A stretch of DNA of 64,000 bases from the NCBI RefSeq assembly GCF_006345805.1, contig NC_042997.1:193874001-193938000 (forward strand), read 5' to 3'. A program made the translations under genes and the position numbers. Origin of the DNA: Octopus sinensis (lineage: Eukaryota). Every line of letters begins with the position of its first letter. Position 1 is the stretch's first letter. Below the pieces are notes generated by a model that was not told where the DNA came from, searched no databases, and saw only the letters and a program-made list of their open reading frames with translations. Below, one piece after another: positions 36,039-51,023 of this stretch.

Positions 36039-39000
36039 TTACCATTGCTTTTTTTACTGCTTGTTTTCTGTTTTGCGCCCAGCTATATCTATAGCGCAGT
36101 TCTCTAACAGTTGACTACGTTCTTTTCAGAAATCCTACTCTATTTGTTTACTATAGTTACACTATGCAGGCGGTCATCTTTGTTATTGTTATTATTTTCA
36201 AATTTAAAACGGAAGGATAGTTAACCGTATATTAATAATTACTATGCATTTATATTTTATTTTAAGACATATAATATATAATATATATATGTATTTATAT
36301 ATATATATTTATAATCGCAATATAAAGTAAAACGTGGTGAATATAACGAAATGAAAACCCTTGTTTTAGCTTCTTATGATAGTTCCTCCTCCATATATAA
36401 ATTTTGTCAACATAACATAGAGTTACGTCCCTTGTTAATGTTATTTTTTTTATTATAAATAAAATAAATATAATAAGCAAGAGAAAGAGTTTTATAATTT
36501 TGTTTTACACAAATTTTGTAACTGATGCCAAGTTCTAAGATGTTCGCGAGCTGATCATAACTTTCCCCAGAAGATGCAGATGCACTAACTTTTAAAACAA
36601 GATGCTAAAATTTCTCTAACTTGTCTTAAATCAAAATAAATGGATAAATAAAAAAACTTGATAAGTTGTTTCTGTTATTGAACTGCGGCCATGCTGGGGC
36701 ACTAACACTTCTGAAGGGCGTAACTTCGGTATAGGTACGGGAGTACCAGATACATTTCAAGAAAGTGTTTTTTTATATATATATATGGGGGGGGGGGGTT
36801 AGGGTTTGTGTTAGGGGGGGGGGAGAAAAGGGTTTCTGTTATCTTCAGAAATGTAAACAAAGCCACTTACGGTACCTATACCGAAGGATCGCCCTTCTGA
36901 AGGCTTTTAGTCGAACAATCCGAGCCCTGCACTTTTTTTAAATTCTGGTATTTATTCTACCGTTCTCTTTTGCCCAATCGCTAAGTCATAGGGACAAAAA
37001 TAAAAAAAAAGAACCACTAATTGTCAAGTGGTGACAAATACAAAGACACACAGCGCGCGTGAGTGTATATATAAACTGGTGAACGACCAGGTTATTAGAT
37101 GTTACACATCGCTGGTCAAAATGCACTTTGCCTTGTTTTAGCTTTCAGATGATGCCACCTTGCTGGTCAGGCGAGCAGGCCAATGTTCTCCCCTCCTTCC
37201 TGATCTGAAGGCTAGTCCATCACAGGGTGGACTGGAGCAACATGTAATGAAGTGTTTTGTTCAAGAACACAATGTGCTGCTTGGCCCGGGATTCAAACTC
37301 ATGATCACTCGATTGGGAGTGCAACATCCTAACCACGAGACCACGTGTCCTCACGTGCACCGTGTGTGTGTGTCTGAGTTCAAATTCCACTGAGGTTGAC
37401 TTTGCCTTTCATCCTTTCGGGGTTGATAAATTAAGTACCAGTTATGCACTGGGGGTCGATGTAATCGACTTAATCCTTTTGTCTGTCCTTGTTTAGCCCC
37501 TTGTGAGCAATAAAGAAATAAGAAGGGCCTCTGGCCATAGGAAATGGATCAACAAATTCTGCCTGACCCATGCAGGCATGGAAAAGTGGGCATTAAATGA
37601 TGAAGAGTGTTACTCTATTAATACTGGTTATTGCTCTATTTTGATTGTAAACAGTAAAGTTGCTTAGGAACCTCAATTTGGTGTTAGATCCTTCTTCATC
37701 TTGTGTTTTTTCTGTTTTTTGTAACAGATTCTCAGTTATCCTTATACATATGCTCCACATCTGGATTTAATCAGAGCACTGAGACAAGCCGGAGAACTAG
37801 AGAGGTTGAGAGCAGCGCGACAGTACATGAGTGAAATATTTCCTTTAACTGAAGGTAAGTCAGATTCCAAATGCAAGTTTTTCTTTATTGTTCCTAATAA
37901 TACAACAATTAAGAACAATTAAATGCATTGATCTCATGAGTTTTGCAATTCTCATTTCCAAAACTGAATTTTTTTTCATTTCTTCATTTATATACCTTAA
38001 GGCAGTGCTTCAGCATGGCCACAGTCAAATGACTGAAACAAGTAAAAGAATACATTCTCAAATTTTCACAAATGCTGTTCCTCTGTCATGCTTTAGCCCA
38101 GTGTTTCTCAACCTTTTTGCCCTTGCGTAACCCTTAAAATATGTTACATGTCTTGAAGAACCCTTACTCTTTTACTTGTTTCAGTCATTTGACTGCGGCC
38201 ATGCTGGAGCACCGCCTTTAGTCGAGCAAATCGACCCCGGGACTTATTCTTTGTAAGCCCAGTACTTATTCTATCGGTCTCTTTTGCTGAACCTCTAAGT
38301 GACGGGGACGTAAACACACCAGCATCGGTTGTCAAGCAATGCTAAGGGGACAAACACATACACACATAAATATATACATATATACGACAAGCTTCTTTCA
38401 GTTTCCGTCTACCAAATCCACTCACAAGGCTTTGGTCGGCCTGGGGCTATAGCAGAAGACACTTGCCCAAGATGCCACGCAGTGGGACTGAACCCGGAAC
38501 CATGTGGTTGGTTAGCAAGCTACTTACCACACAGCCACTCCTGCGCCTATGTACAAAAAAATTATATACATTATCTTTCTCATATTTTTTTCATCATCTA
38601 CAACTACAATTTTTTTCCTTTCCTTATACTTCATATATTGTTTTTGCAAATACTGACTATATATTTTTATATATAGTCTTTGCTTGGACTGTACCAGCGG
38701 ACTTGGATGTTTGACATCCCATTGAAGGATTTTGGTCCTCACCTGTTATATATATTTATGGTTGTCCTATTTTTTGATAACATAATAGTTTAAATAAGAT
38801 GATGTCTCGATGACTGGCATCCGTGCTTGTGGAGTACCATATAAGGGTGATCGTTGTCAGAGCAACATGCTATCCTCAATTGTGATTGTTACCTATGTCG
38901 CCTTACTGGCACTTGTGCTGGTGGCAGGTGAAAAAACATTTGAGTGATGTCGTTGCCAGTGCCGCTGGACTGGCTCCTGTGCAGATGGTACATAAAAAGC

Positions 39001-42000
39001 ACCATTTGAGTGTGGCCTTTGTCAGTACTGCCTGACTGCCTTCGTGCCAGTGGCATATAAAAGCACCCACTACACTCTTGGAGTGGTTGGCGTTAGAAAG
39101 GGCATCCAGCTGTATAAACTGCCAAATTAGACTGGAGTTTGGTGCAGCCATCTGGTTCGCCAGGCCTCAGTCAAATCGTCCAACCCAAGCCAGCATGGAA
39201 AGCGGACATTAAATGATGATGATGAGGACCAATAGCATTACAAATATAACATTGAATGCGGTCCAACAGAGTTAAACAATCCACAGGAGCACCTGTTTGT
39301 ATGTGACAACAGTACTCAATGCAGGGGCGAATGGTGGACTTATAAAGATAAAGAATAGCCTCAGGAGTGAGGTAACCCCTCAAATGAAGGAGTGAGCCTA
39401 CCTTCAGTGCAGTCGATTTTGCAATAGAATCAATATTATGAGATTTTAATTCAACCCTTTAGCATTCAGATTACTCTGCCAAATATAATGCTTATTTATT
39501 AGCATTGTTTTGAATTCATCTCACAGCTTTAAAATTTTGATAATATTTTTTTAGAATGACATCATAGGGTAGGTGTAAGAGGCTGGATCAGGCTGGTTTT
39601 AATAGGTGAAATATTTCCACTGGATATGACTGGTTTAATTGTTAAAGGGTTAAATATGAATAATTTTACAAATCAAATTTTTAGAAATAACAACCAAAAC
39701 GCCTTCAAATCACACTCTATCTTAACTTATTTGATACCAATATACTTGTAACTGCTCCTAGGTTTTTAATATAAACCTTTTTTTTTTTAAGTAATCTAAA
39801 TCAAAATCTTCCTTCAAAACCCCATTTTAATGTATGTTCCAAATACCAGAACATCATCATCATCATCTTTTAACATCCATTTTCCATGCTGGCATGGGTT
39901 AGACAGTTTGACCAGAGCTGGAGAGCTGTACTAGGTTCCAGCCTGCTTTTGGCTTGGGTTCTACAGCTGGATGTTCTTTCTAATGCCAACCACTTCACTG
40001 TGTGCAGAGTGCTTTTAATGTGGCACTGGCACAATCCCCTTCAACATGGTGGGTGGACAAAATTATTTTACCAAATTTTTCATGGCTTTCAAAATTAATT
40101 GAAAGAAAATCAATGTCTTTCAAAAGAAATATAGTAACAAAATGGTTAAAAATAGGAATATGATAAATATGGGCCCTAGATACAAGAAAGCAGCTGGCCA
40201 TGGCTGGAAGGCTTTTGATCAGGGACTAAACAACAACAGCTGCACTTCACCCTACACACCCAAGCAATGAGAGAATATGCTGCATGGTTCCAAGTAACAA
40301 GTGCTGGATGCATGAATCTTGCTCTTTGACTTCTGTGTCTCTGTCATATGTTCTCTGAGTAGAGTTTATCCATGCTGAGTTTATTGTACTGCATTTCTTA
40401 ATTCTGCGTTCTTTGTTTCTTTTCAGAATTATGGCTGGAATGGTTGAAAGATGAAGTATCTCTAGCAACAGAAGACGATCGTGAAAGGATTGAAAAGCTT
40501 TTTGACAAAGCTGTTTCTGATTACCTTGGTACTTGCTTTATCTATATCTCTTTCTTCCTTTACTCAACCATCTCATCTATGCCTAGCTCTTTGCCTAGTG
40601 TGCTAACGATTTTACCACCTCACCACCTTCTTTTCATTACCTATACTGTGCCCACCACCACCCTTCTAGACCCTGCACTAGTCACTACACCCAGTCCTTC
40701 CTCCACACAATATTGACCTTCTGAAAATTCCTCTTTACACGTTTCTCCTACTGCCGTAAACTCGCAAATGTTTAATATTAACCACATCAATTTTTACCTG
40801 TCTTGGAGGGTCTACAAAGGCTCCCTTTGAAGCAAGTTGTCCCTTCCTCCAAGCCAAACCAGTAAAAGATAAAACCTAGTTTTGCCCCTAAACATTACCT
40901 AGATCTTATTAAAATCGTCCTTTCTTAATTCACCATCAGTTAAAGTATTTTATGGTTGTCGTTATTGTTTCCTTCTTGACTAATTCTTTTCTATTGCTTT
41001 TATTTGCTCATATTTAGCTGTTGATGTCTGGCTAGAATATGTCCAGTATGCCATTGGAGGAATGGGATCACCGAATGGTATTTCTCATGTAAGAGCTATT
41101 TTTGATCGAGCTGTCACTGAAGTTGGACTTCATGTTGTCAAAGGCGCCAACATATGGGATGCTTACAGAGAGTTTGAAAATGCTATTCTGGCTGGTCTTG
41201 AGGTATGTCGTTTCACTTTATTTAGTTGCTTATTCTTTCATAGATGTGGCTATGTGGTTAAGAATCTTGCTTCCCAACCTCTTGGTTCTGAGTTCAGTCC
41301 CACTGCATGGCACCTTGGGCAAGTGTCTCCCTGTATAATACAGGGCTGACTAATGCTGTGGGAGTGAATTTGATAAATGGAAATTCTTTTCTTTTCTACT
41401 CTAGGCACAAGGCCTGAAATTTTTTTTTGTTGGGGTGGGGGCAGTCAATTACATTGACCCCAGTATGCAACTGGTACTTAACTTATCAGCCCCATATCCT
41501 ACAGGCAACAATCATAACAGGTAGACACGAAGGAGAAAATGTTTTTATTCCAAAAATTTCTCTCATACCTACAGATGTTCCATTTGAATTTAAAACACTT
41601 CAGTTTTCAGTCAAACTAAATTTTGGTATTTCAATTAACAAACCTCAGGGTCAATCCCTCAAGGTAGTTGCACTTCATCTCTCTACTACATGCTCCTCTC
41701 ACGGCCAACTCTATGTTGGTTCCTCACGAATTGGAAGCAGCAACATTTTATTCATTTCAAAACCAACAAAAAATTACACAATGAATATTGGTGGTGATAA
41801 GGAATGATATATATCATCATTTAACATCCTTCTTCCATGCTGACATGGCTTGGACAGTTTGACAGAAGCTAGCAAGGCAGGATCCTTACCCATGCTTTTC
41901 TGTGTCTGTTTTTGCATGGTTTTTACAGCTGGATGCCCTTCCTAAAATCAACCACTCCACATAGTTGGGTCACACACACACCCATACACAACAGCATTCC

Positions 42001-45000
42001 AAGCTTCCATGCATTTTCTATCTACCAAATCTGCTGACAAGATATTGGTTATCCTGGGGCTTCAGTAGTTGCTGAAGGTGCTTGTTTGTTTGTTTGTTTA
42101 GCGAAGCGGTCTTCATCCCATTAGTGGGAGAAGTCCGAAACGTGGTCCTTTGCTATTCGTAAGACCCACAGAAGAGAAAGCAGATCAACCCCCGACACCG
42201 AGAGCATCGACGGATGGATGAATGCGCATCCAGGCTCAGCGGTTGCTTAGGAAGTTGGGGACAAGAAACAGGAAGAAAGAGTGAGAGAAAGTTGGAGCGA
42301 AAGAGTACAACTGGGGTCGCCACCACCCTTTGCCGGAGCCTCGTGGAGCTTTAGGTGTTTTCGCTCAATAAACACACACAGCGCCCAGTCTGGGAATAGA
42401 AACTGCGATACTCCGACCATGAGTCCGCTGCTCTAACCTGTTTCTTTACTACCCACAAGGGGCTAAACATAGATGGGACAAACAAGGACAGACATAGGTA
42501 TTAAGTCGATTACATCGACCCCAGTGCGTGACTGGTACTTAATTTATCGACCCTGAACGGATGAAAGGCAAAGTCAACCTCGGCGGAATTTGAACTCACA
42601 ACGTAACGGCAGGTGAAATACCGTTAAGCATTTCGTCCGACGTGCTAACGCTTCTGCCAGCTCGCCACTGCGCCTCCACTGCTGAAGGTGCTGTGCAGTG
42701 GGGCTGAACTCAAAACCATTCGCTCGCAAAGTGAGCTTCCTAACCACACAGCCATGCCTATACCTGCTTAACCTCTATTTAAATACTTTTATGTAGAAAC
42801 CTGTTGTCATAAATATTCCAAATAACCCTTTTATTTGATATCCTTTACTCCAAAACAAAACTCCCTTATCTCCAAAACAAAATGTTCCATGATGAATAAG
42901 CATAAGTACTTTAGGTTACATTTGATTTTCTTGTCTTTCTTTTATCTTTAACAGCCAGAAGAAGCAGATTCAGGCAAACCTAACCCAGCATATATTGAAC
43001 AGAAATCTCGGTTGGTTTCATTGTTTAAGCGCCAACTTACAGTGCCACTCCTTGGTAAGTCCTCTTCATAATTGACCATTCTTATCAATGATTTTCCTAC
43101 ATTATTTCATTTTGTTAAGAAAGTAATTAATTGATCATTAAAGGTTTCTTCTGAATGGGAGTACAGGACATTTTGGTGCTGCACCTGTCATCGTCATCAT
43201 CGTTTAACGTCCGCTTTCCATGCTAGCATGGGTTGGACGATTTTGATTGAGGGCTGGCAAACCAGATGGCTGCACCAGGCTCCAATCTTGATTTGGTAGT
43301 GTTTCTACAGCTGGATGCCCTTCCTAACGCCAACCACTCCGAGCGTGTAGTGAGTGCCTTTTACGTGCCGCCGGCATGGGGGCTAGTCAGGCGGCACTGG
43401 CAACGATCTCGCTCGAATCTTTTTACACATGCCACCAGCACAGGTGCCAGTAAGGCGACGTTGGTAATGATCACGCTCGAATGGGTGCCCTTTTATGTGC
43501 CACTGGCATGGAAGCCAGTTGGCTGCTCTGGCAATGATCACGCTCGGATGGTGCTCTTGGCACCCTACTAGCACGGGCACAAGTGTTTAGCAATGCTGGT
43601 TCAACATTTGGTTATTTGACATCAGTCATTTTAATGTTTTTTTCATTCTTTCCCTCCTACCTCTCTCTCTCTCTTTTTCTGTTTATGTGCATGAACATCT
43701 AGTTACATTTCTATAACATGTCTGACTACAGATCAGAAGATTCCAGGTTTGTATCTGGGCAAGCTCGTATTCATTTTTACTGTGCTGCTGCCATGTATAT
43801 AGTATCCACGTTGGTGCTATGTAAAAAGCACCCAGTACACTCTGTAAAGTGGTTGGCATTAGGAAGGGCACCCTGATGTAGAAACTGTAGCAAAACAGAC
43901 AATTGGAGCCTAGTGCAGCACTCCAGCTGGCCAGCTCCTATCAAACCCTCCAGTTTATACCAACATAGAAAACAGTTGTTAAATGTTGATGATGATGATC
44001 TCTCACTCTTTCTATATTATTTTCTTTTATTCTTGTATTTGTTTCAGTCATTTGACTGGCCATGCTGGAGCACCCCCTTTAGTCGAACAAAAACTAGTAG
44101 TGTTAATACATGTGTAGACAGGAATTTGGAGACTGTCCCCTTTCTGAAACCTCAGAACTCTCTTCCTATTATGACACATAAACACATGTTCCTTATATAA
44201 TGTTGTTGTATCCCTAGCAGTTGAGGGAACTTGTTGAAGAGGTATACCCAGGAAGACCTGGGATGAAGCATGGCCTTCGAACATTAGGCTTTACCGAGGC
44301 AATGACTAGTGACCGAGACCTTTGGAAATATGCAGTGCATGAGAAGACCCGGCAAGCCAAGAGAGACCATAACCCATGGCCTATGCCACTTATGCATACC
44401 TTTCCTTCATTGGACACTAAACTCTGCTTGCGAAGACCTGTTGAGGCAAGTGAAATCGAATCAAATTTGATGACTGGCACCTGTGCTTGTGGAGTGCTAA
44501 GAGCACCATCCGAGTGTGATCGTTGCCAAAACAGCTGTCTGTCTTCCACGCCGGTGACATGTAAAAATGCCGGTGGCATGTGAAAAAACACTCTCTGAGA
44601 GGTTGGCGTTAGGAAGGGCATCCATCTGTAGAAACTGCCAGATCAGATTGGAGTCTGGTGCTGCCATCTGGTTTGCCAGTCCTCAGTCAAATCGTCCAAC
44701 CCATGCTAGCATGGAAAGCGGATGTTAAACGATGATGATGATGATTCTAAGGCGGCGAGCACGCCAAGCGGAATGCTTAGCAGTGTTTTGTCTGTCTTTA
44801 CATTCTGAGTTCAGATTCTGCCGAAGTCGACTTTGTCTCTCATCCTTTTGGGGTCAATAAATTAAGTACCAGTTGTGTACTGGGGTCACTCTAATCGACT
44901 GGCCTGCTACCCCAAAATTTCGGGCCTTGTTCCTAGAATAGAAAAGAATATTGTTATATTCTGTTATAAAGCTGAATGTTAAGTTTTATTTTTCAAGAAT

Positions 45001-46773
45001 GCTATGATGTGGACATTATTATTCTTGCAGGAATTAAAGATACATATGCTGAATTGAAAGAATGGTTCCCTGAACTGGCATCGGACAAAACCTTCCAACA
45101 GATTTACCAGCAGACACTCAGTAAATTGGAAAAATTAAAACCTTTTGAAAAAGAACTGGTATGTATTACTAGGTCAAGGAAAAAGTTTGTGCACCATGTT
45201 AAAATAACGTTAAAGTTTATTCAAAAACAACAACAACTATTCTTCTAAATAAAGACCATCATTTTCCATGACCTTCTGCCAATGATCCTGCAAGCTTTTG
45301 GATTTGGTCAAAGTACCAATCCTTTGGCTTTGAATTGAAAAATTCTTGACAGGCTTCTTCAACTTCATCGAATGACTCAAATAGGTGACCTTCCATAAAG
45401 TGCTGCATTGGTCAGAAGAGACCGTAGTCAGATGGAGAATGTCTGGACTATAGGCTGGATGCGGCAGAACTTCCACACCATCCAATTCTTCAGTCTTGTT
45501 GCTGGTCTTTCTGGTGGTATGTGGCTTTGCATTGTCCTGTTAAAACAAAGCATGTTTTCGATGAACAAGTCTTGGTTAATTTTCAACCTGCACATCGTAG
45601 ACTCGATCAAGTTGCACCATATAAAAAAGCATTATCTTAACACGGTACACAAAATCTTTTTCCTTGGCCTAATATTTGTTACAAATGAGAAGTTTTTAAT
45701 TTGAAGGCAGATAGTCTGTTAGTTTTGTAATTTACATTTATGAATTAACTTTCTTGTGTAACCTCCTTCATGAGCATGTCAGTACTGGCACCTGTGCTGG
45801 TGGCATGTGTAAAAAGATTTGAGCAAGCTCGTTGCCAGTACCGCCTGACTGGCCCCCATGCCGGTGGCGCGTAAAAAGCACCCACTACACTCTCGGAGTG
45901 GTTGGCGTTAGGAAGGATATCTAGCTGTAGAAACATTGCCAGATCAAGATTGGAGCCTGGTACAGCCATCTGGTTCGCCAGCCCTCAGTCAAACGTCCAA
46001 CCCATGCTAGCATGGAAAGCGGACGTTAAACAATGATTATGATGATGATGCTATTGTCTTCAATCTTCATTTTCTATTTTATTTTGAGATAATAGTTCAT
46101 CAAGAGAAAGGGTGCAGTGTCCATGGCCTTTATAGGCCTTTCCTCACATGATACATTGTTACGGTTGATGTTGAATTTCACCTGATAAAAATCAGTTTGG
46201 GGGAAGTGTATTCCAGTGGGTTGCACTCTAGAGAAGGACCGAGACAGAGGAGGTGTTTTTCCTCAGTCTGGAAAATGAGATGCAACAAGGGAGGAGTAGC
46301 TAAAGTAGACGATGAGCAAGGGTGGGCAATTAGTTTGTCTTTCTTCTTTTCTTTCTTTACTCTTTTGACCATTTGTTATGTTGGACTATTTTCAGGCTGC
46401 AACAGATGAGTATTATGCCAAGATGGAAGCTTATTATAAATACATTGAATATGAACTCAGTCTGGATGACCCCGCCCGAATACAGTGTATATATGAACGG
46501 GCAATTACACATGGATACTTGAATGCAGAACTTTGGCTCCAGTATACACGCTATTTGGTGAGTGGATCATTAGTTACTCTTTTACTTGTTTCAGTCATTT
46601 GACTGCGGCCATGCTGGAGCACCGCCTTTAGTCGAGCAAATCGACCCCAGGACTTATTCTTTGTAAGCCTAGTACTTATTCTATCAGTCTCTTTTGCCGA
46701 ACCGCTAAGTTACCAGGACATAAACATCGGTTATCAAGTGATATTGGGGGAACAAACACAGCCACACAAACAT

Positions 46774-46804
<31 letters not shown>

Positions 46805-46812
46805 CATATATG

Positions 46813-46844
<32 letters not shown>

Positions 46845-49800
46845 CCACTCTACTGGTTGGTTGGTTGGTTGGCTGATGTTAGGAAGGGCATCCAATCATA
46901 AAACCCTGCCAAAATAGACACAGAAGTATGGTGCAGGCTCCTGCCTAGCCAGCTCTTGTCAAACTATTCAACCCATGCCAGCATGGAAAGCAAATGTTAA
47001 ATGATGATGGTGATGATTGTGTGTGTGTGTTCCATTACTGCTTGACAACTGGTGTTAGTTTGTTTACTTCCCTGTAACTTAGCAGTTTGGCAAAAGAGGT
47101 TGATAGAATAAGTGCTGGGCTTAAAATAAATACTGGAGTTTGGTTTATTCAACTAATGATTCTTCAAAGTGATGGCCCAACGTGGCAATGGTCTAATCAC
47201 TGAAACATAAATTTTAAAGGAAGACAGATATGGTTTCAATATTTGTTTTACAATTCCCAGCAGGTCGTAAGACTATATGGAAGCTTTCCTGTTGGTTCTT
47301 AGGCAAAAAAACCTCCTTGAGAATCACTTTAGTAATGCAATGCTAGTTTTAAAATTTCGTTTCTATGGAAACTTGGAATTTGACACTTTCAGATTTACTG
47401 AAAATTTTATGTTTTTTTTGTGTATTTAAGGACACCAAGTTACCCATCAAAAAAGTTGTTCTGGCAGCTTACGAACGTTCTGTGAGAAATTGTCCTTGGA
47501 AAGCAGAACTGTGGGGTCGTTATATCTTAGCAATGGAACGACACAAGGAACCAGATGTGAAGATAACAGGTAAATATCTCTGATGTTTATACATCATCAT
47601 TGTTGTGTTGAATCTCTGTCGATGCTCTTTTACATAATTACATCACCTTTCCTTCATTGGACACTAAACTCTGCTTGCGAAGACCTGTTGAGGAACGTGA
47701 AATCGAAATCAAATTTGATGACTGGCATCTGTGCTAGTGGAGTGCTAAGAGCACCATCTGAGCGTGATCGTTGCCAAAGCAGCTAACTGGCTTTCGTGCT
47801 GGTGGCATGTAAAAAGCACCATTCAAGCGTGATCGCTACCTGTGTCGCCTTATTGGCACTTGTGCTGGTGGTACGTGAAAAAAGAATCGCGCGACGTCGT
47901 TGCCAGTGCCGTTGGACTGGCTCCTGTGCAGGTGGCATGTAAAAAGCACCATTTGAGCGTGGCTGTTGCCAGTACCACCTGACTGGCCCATGAGCCGGTG
48001 GCACGTAAAAGCACCACTACACTCTCAGACTGGTTGGCATTAGGAAGGGCATCCAGCTGTAGAAACTCTGCCAGATCAGATTGGAGCCTGGTGCAGCCAT
48101 CTGGTTGGCCAGTCATCAGTCAAATCGTCCAACCCATGCCACCATGTAAAGTGGATGTTAAACGATCATGATGACATCACAGATAGGTTGTAGAATACAT
48201 CATTGTCATAATCAGGCTAGATAGGCATAACCGGTTTGTGTTTTTACATTCAGCTGATGCTAAACTGTATATTGATTCGTTGTCTTAGCTGGGTTGTACA
48301 TCAAATCACTGTCATACCAGGCTGTAAAGTACATTGTCATTGTGTTATTGTCAGGCTGTATAGTACATCATTATGACATGGTTAGCATCATCATCATGAG
48401 TGAGCATCATATTTTCAGTTAAACGGACAAAACAACAATTTTCACTGTTACCTGTTCTGGTATCATCATTATCATCATCATCATCATTGTTCAATGTCCA
48501 CTTTCCATGCTAGCATGGGTTGGACAATTTGACTGAGGTCTGGCGAACCAGATGGCTGCACCAGGCTCCAATCTAATCTGGCAGAGTTTTTTTACAGCTG
48601 GATGCCCTTCCTAACACCAACCACTCCAAGAGTGTAGTGGGTGCTTTTATGTGTCACTGGCACGAGGGCCAGTCAGGTGGTACTGGTAACAGCCACACTC
48701 AAATGGTGCTTTTTATGTGCCACTCACACAGGAGCCAGTCCAGCGGCACTGGCAACGACCTCGTTCGAATGTTTTTTCATGTGCCACCAGCACAAGTGCC
48801 AGTAAGGCGACACAGGTAAAGATCATGCTTGAATGGTGCTTTTTACATGCCACCAGTACGGATGCTGGTTTGTTGCTCTGGCAACGATCACATTCAGATG
48901 GTACGGATGCCAGTCATTGAATTTGATTTCGATTTTGATTTCACTTGCCTCAACAGGTCTTCGCAAGCAGAGTTTAGTGTTCATGAAGGAAAGGTACGTG
49001 TAACATAAGTGGGCTGGTTACACCCCTGGCATAGGCCACGAGGTTATGGTGTCACTTGGATTGCCGGGTCTTCTCAAGCACAGCATATTTCCAAAGGTCC
49101 CGGTCACTAGTCATTGCCTCGGTGAGGCTCAGTGTTCGAAGGTCATGCTTCACCACCTCATCCCAGGTCTTCCTGGGTCTACCTCTTCCACAGGTTCCCT
49201 CAACCACTAGGGTGTGGCACTTTTTCACACAGCTATCCACACCCATTCTCACCACATGACCATACCAGCACAGTCGTTTCTCTTGCACACCACATTAGAT
49301 GCTTCTTAGGTCCAACTTTTTTCTCAAGGTACTTACACTCTATTGACCTCGAAAGGATGAAAGGCAAAGTTGACCTCGGCAGAATTTGAACTCAGAACAT
49401 AAAGACAGACGAAATACTGCTAAGCATTTCATCCGGTGTGCTAATGTTTCTGCCAGCTTGCCACCTTAAAATCTATAAAATATTCTTTTCTTTTCTACTC
49501 AAGGCACAAAGCCCAAAATTTGTGGGGAGGGGGCCAGTCGATTAGATCGACCTCAGTACACAACTGGTACTTAATTTATTGACCCCGAAAGGATGAAAAG
49601 CAAAGTTGACCTCAGCGGAATTTGAACTCAGAATGTAAAGACAGACGAAATACCGCTAAGCATTTCACCCAGTGTGCTAATGTTTCTTATTTCTTTATTG
49701 CCCACAAGGAGCTAAACACAGACGGGACAAACAAAGCAATTAAGTCGATTACATCGACCCCAGTGCATAACTGGTACGTAATTTATTGACCCCGAAAGGA

Positions 49801-50991
49801 TGAAAGGCAAAGTCGACCTCAGCGGAATTTGAACTCAGAACGTAAAGACAGATGAAATACCGCTAAGCATTTCACCCAGTGTGCTAATGTTTCTACCAGC
49901 TTGCTGCCTTAACTATGACCTCTATAGCTGTGATTTCCATTTCATTTTTAATAGAAGATCTTTATGAACAAACTCAGTTCAGCCGAGACCTTTTTTAAAT
50001 GTAATCTTCTCAATTTTCATGACAGATCTTTATGAACAAGCCATCAATTCAGGATTTACTGAACCAACAGACTTTCTCCATGTCTATACAGTATTTTGTG
50101 ACTATAAACGCAGACGAATTGACTGGACTAAAGGTATGTCTTATCCATAATCGATCTCTTGCTTTCATGTTGAGCACTGGAGTCAATATAATTGTCTCAC
50201 CTCCTTCATATATAAATCGTGTGTGTCCCAGTTTTGCAAGTATTCTGTATATTTGTGTATTGTATAAGGTGAGTAAAGGGTCAGCATCAGGAAATGCATC
50301 CAGTTGTAAAACCCTACCTTCAAGAGGGAGCCATAACATTTTGATTAAGGCGATCCACAAACTTAATTTCTGCTGTAGCAGGTGAAATAGTCTTAAACCT
50401 TTTATTTTTCTGCATTATTAAGTTTCTTTTTATCAAAATATATCATCATTTTAATATCTGCCTTCCATGCTGGCATGGGTGGGATGGTTTGACAGGAGCC
50501 AGCCAGGCGGAAGCCTACACCAGACATCTGTGATTGTTTTGGCAGGATTTTTACAGCTGGATGCCCTTCCTAACACCAACCACTCTGCAGAGTGGATATA
50601 TATGTATATATATATATATATCTGTACATATAATATGTGACAATTATTCGGTAGCCATGATAAAACTCCGAGTTTCAGATGTCAGGACAGAAACCCACGC
50701 CGCCATCTCTTCAGTTATCCGGCTATCGAAAAAATGCTATGAAATGACCGGTCAGTCATTTTTGTAGCATTTTTTCGACCATTCAGTCATTTTCATAGCA
50801 TTTTCTCGATGACTGGATAACTGAAGAGATGGCGGCATGGGTTTCCGTCCTGATATCTGAAACTCGGAGTTTTATCATGGCTAACGAATAATTATCACAT
50901 ATTATATTTATATTATATTTACAGATAAATTCCTCTATTTACATAATATCGAGGTCTCTTTCATTCTTTTGTTGTCTTACCATTTCTATCA

Positions 50992-51023
<32 letters not shown>

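Noticed and set aside
36825-36855. Minus-strand CUGAAGA-UAACA-GAAAC inside the MITE
   Set aside because: Only 5 nt between the core halves, too short for stem II.
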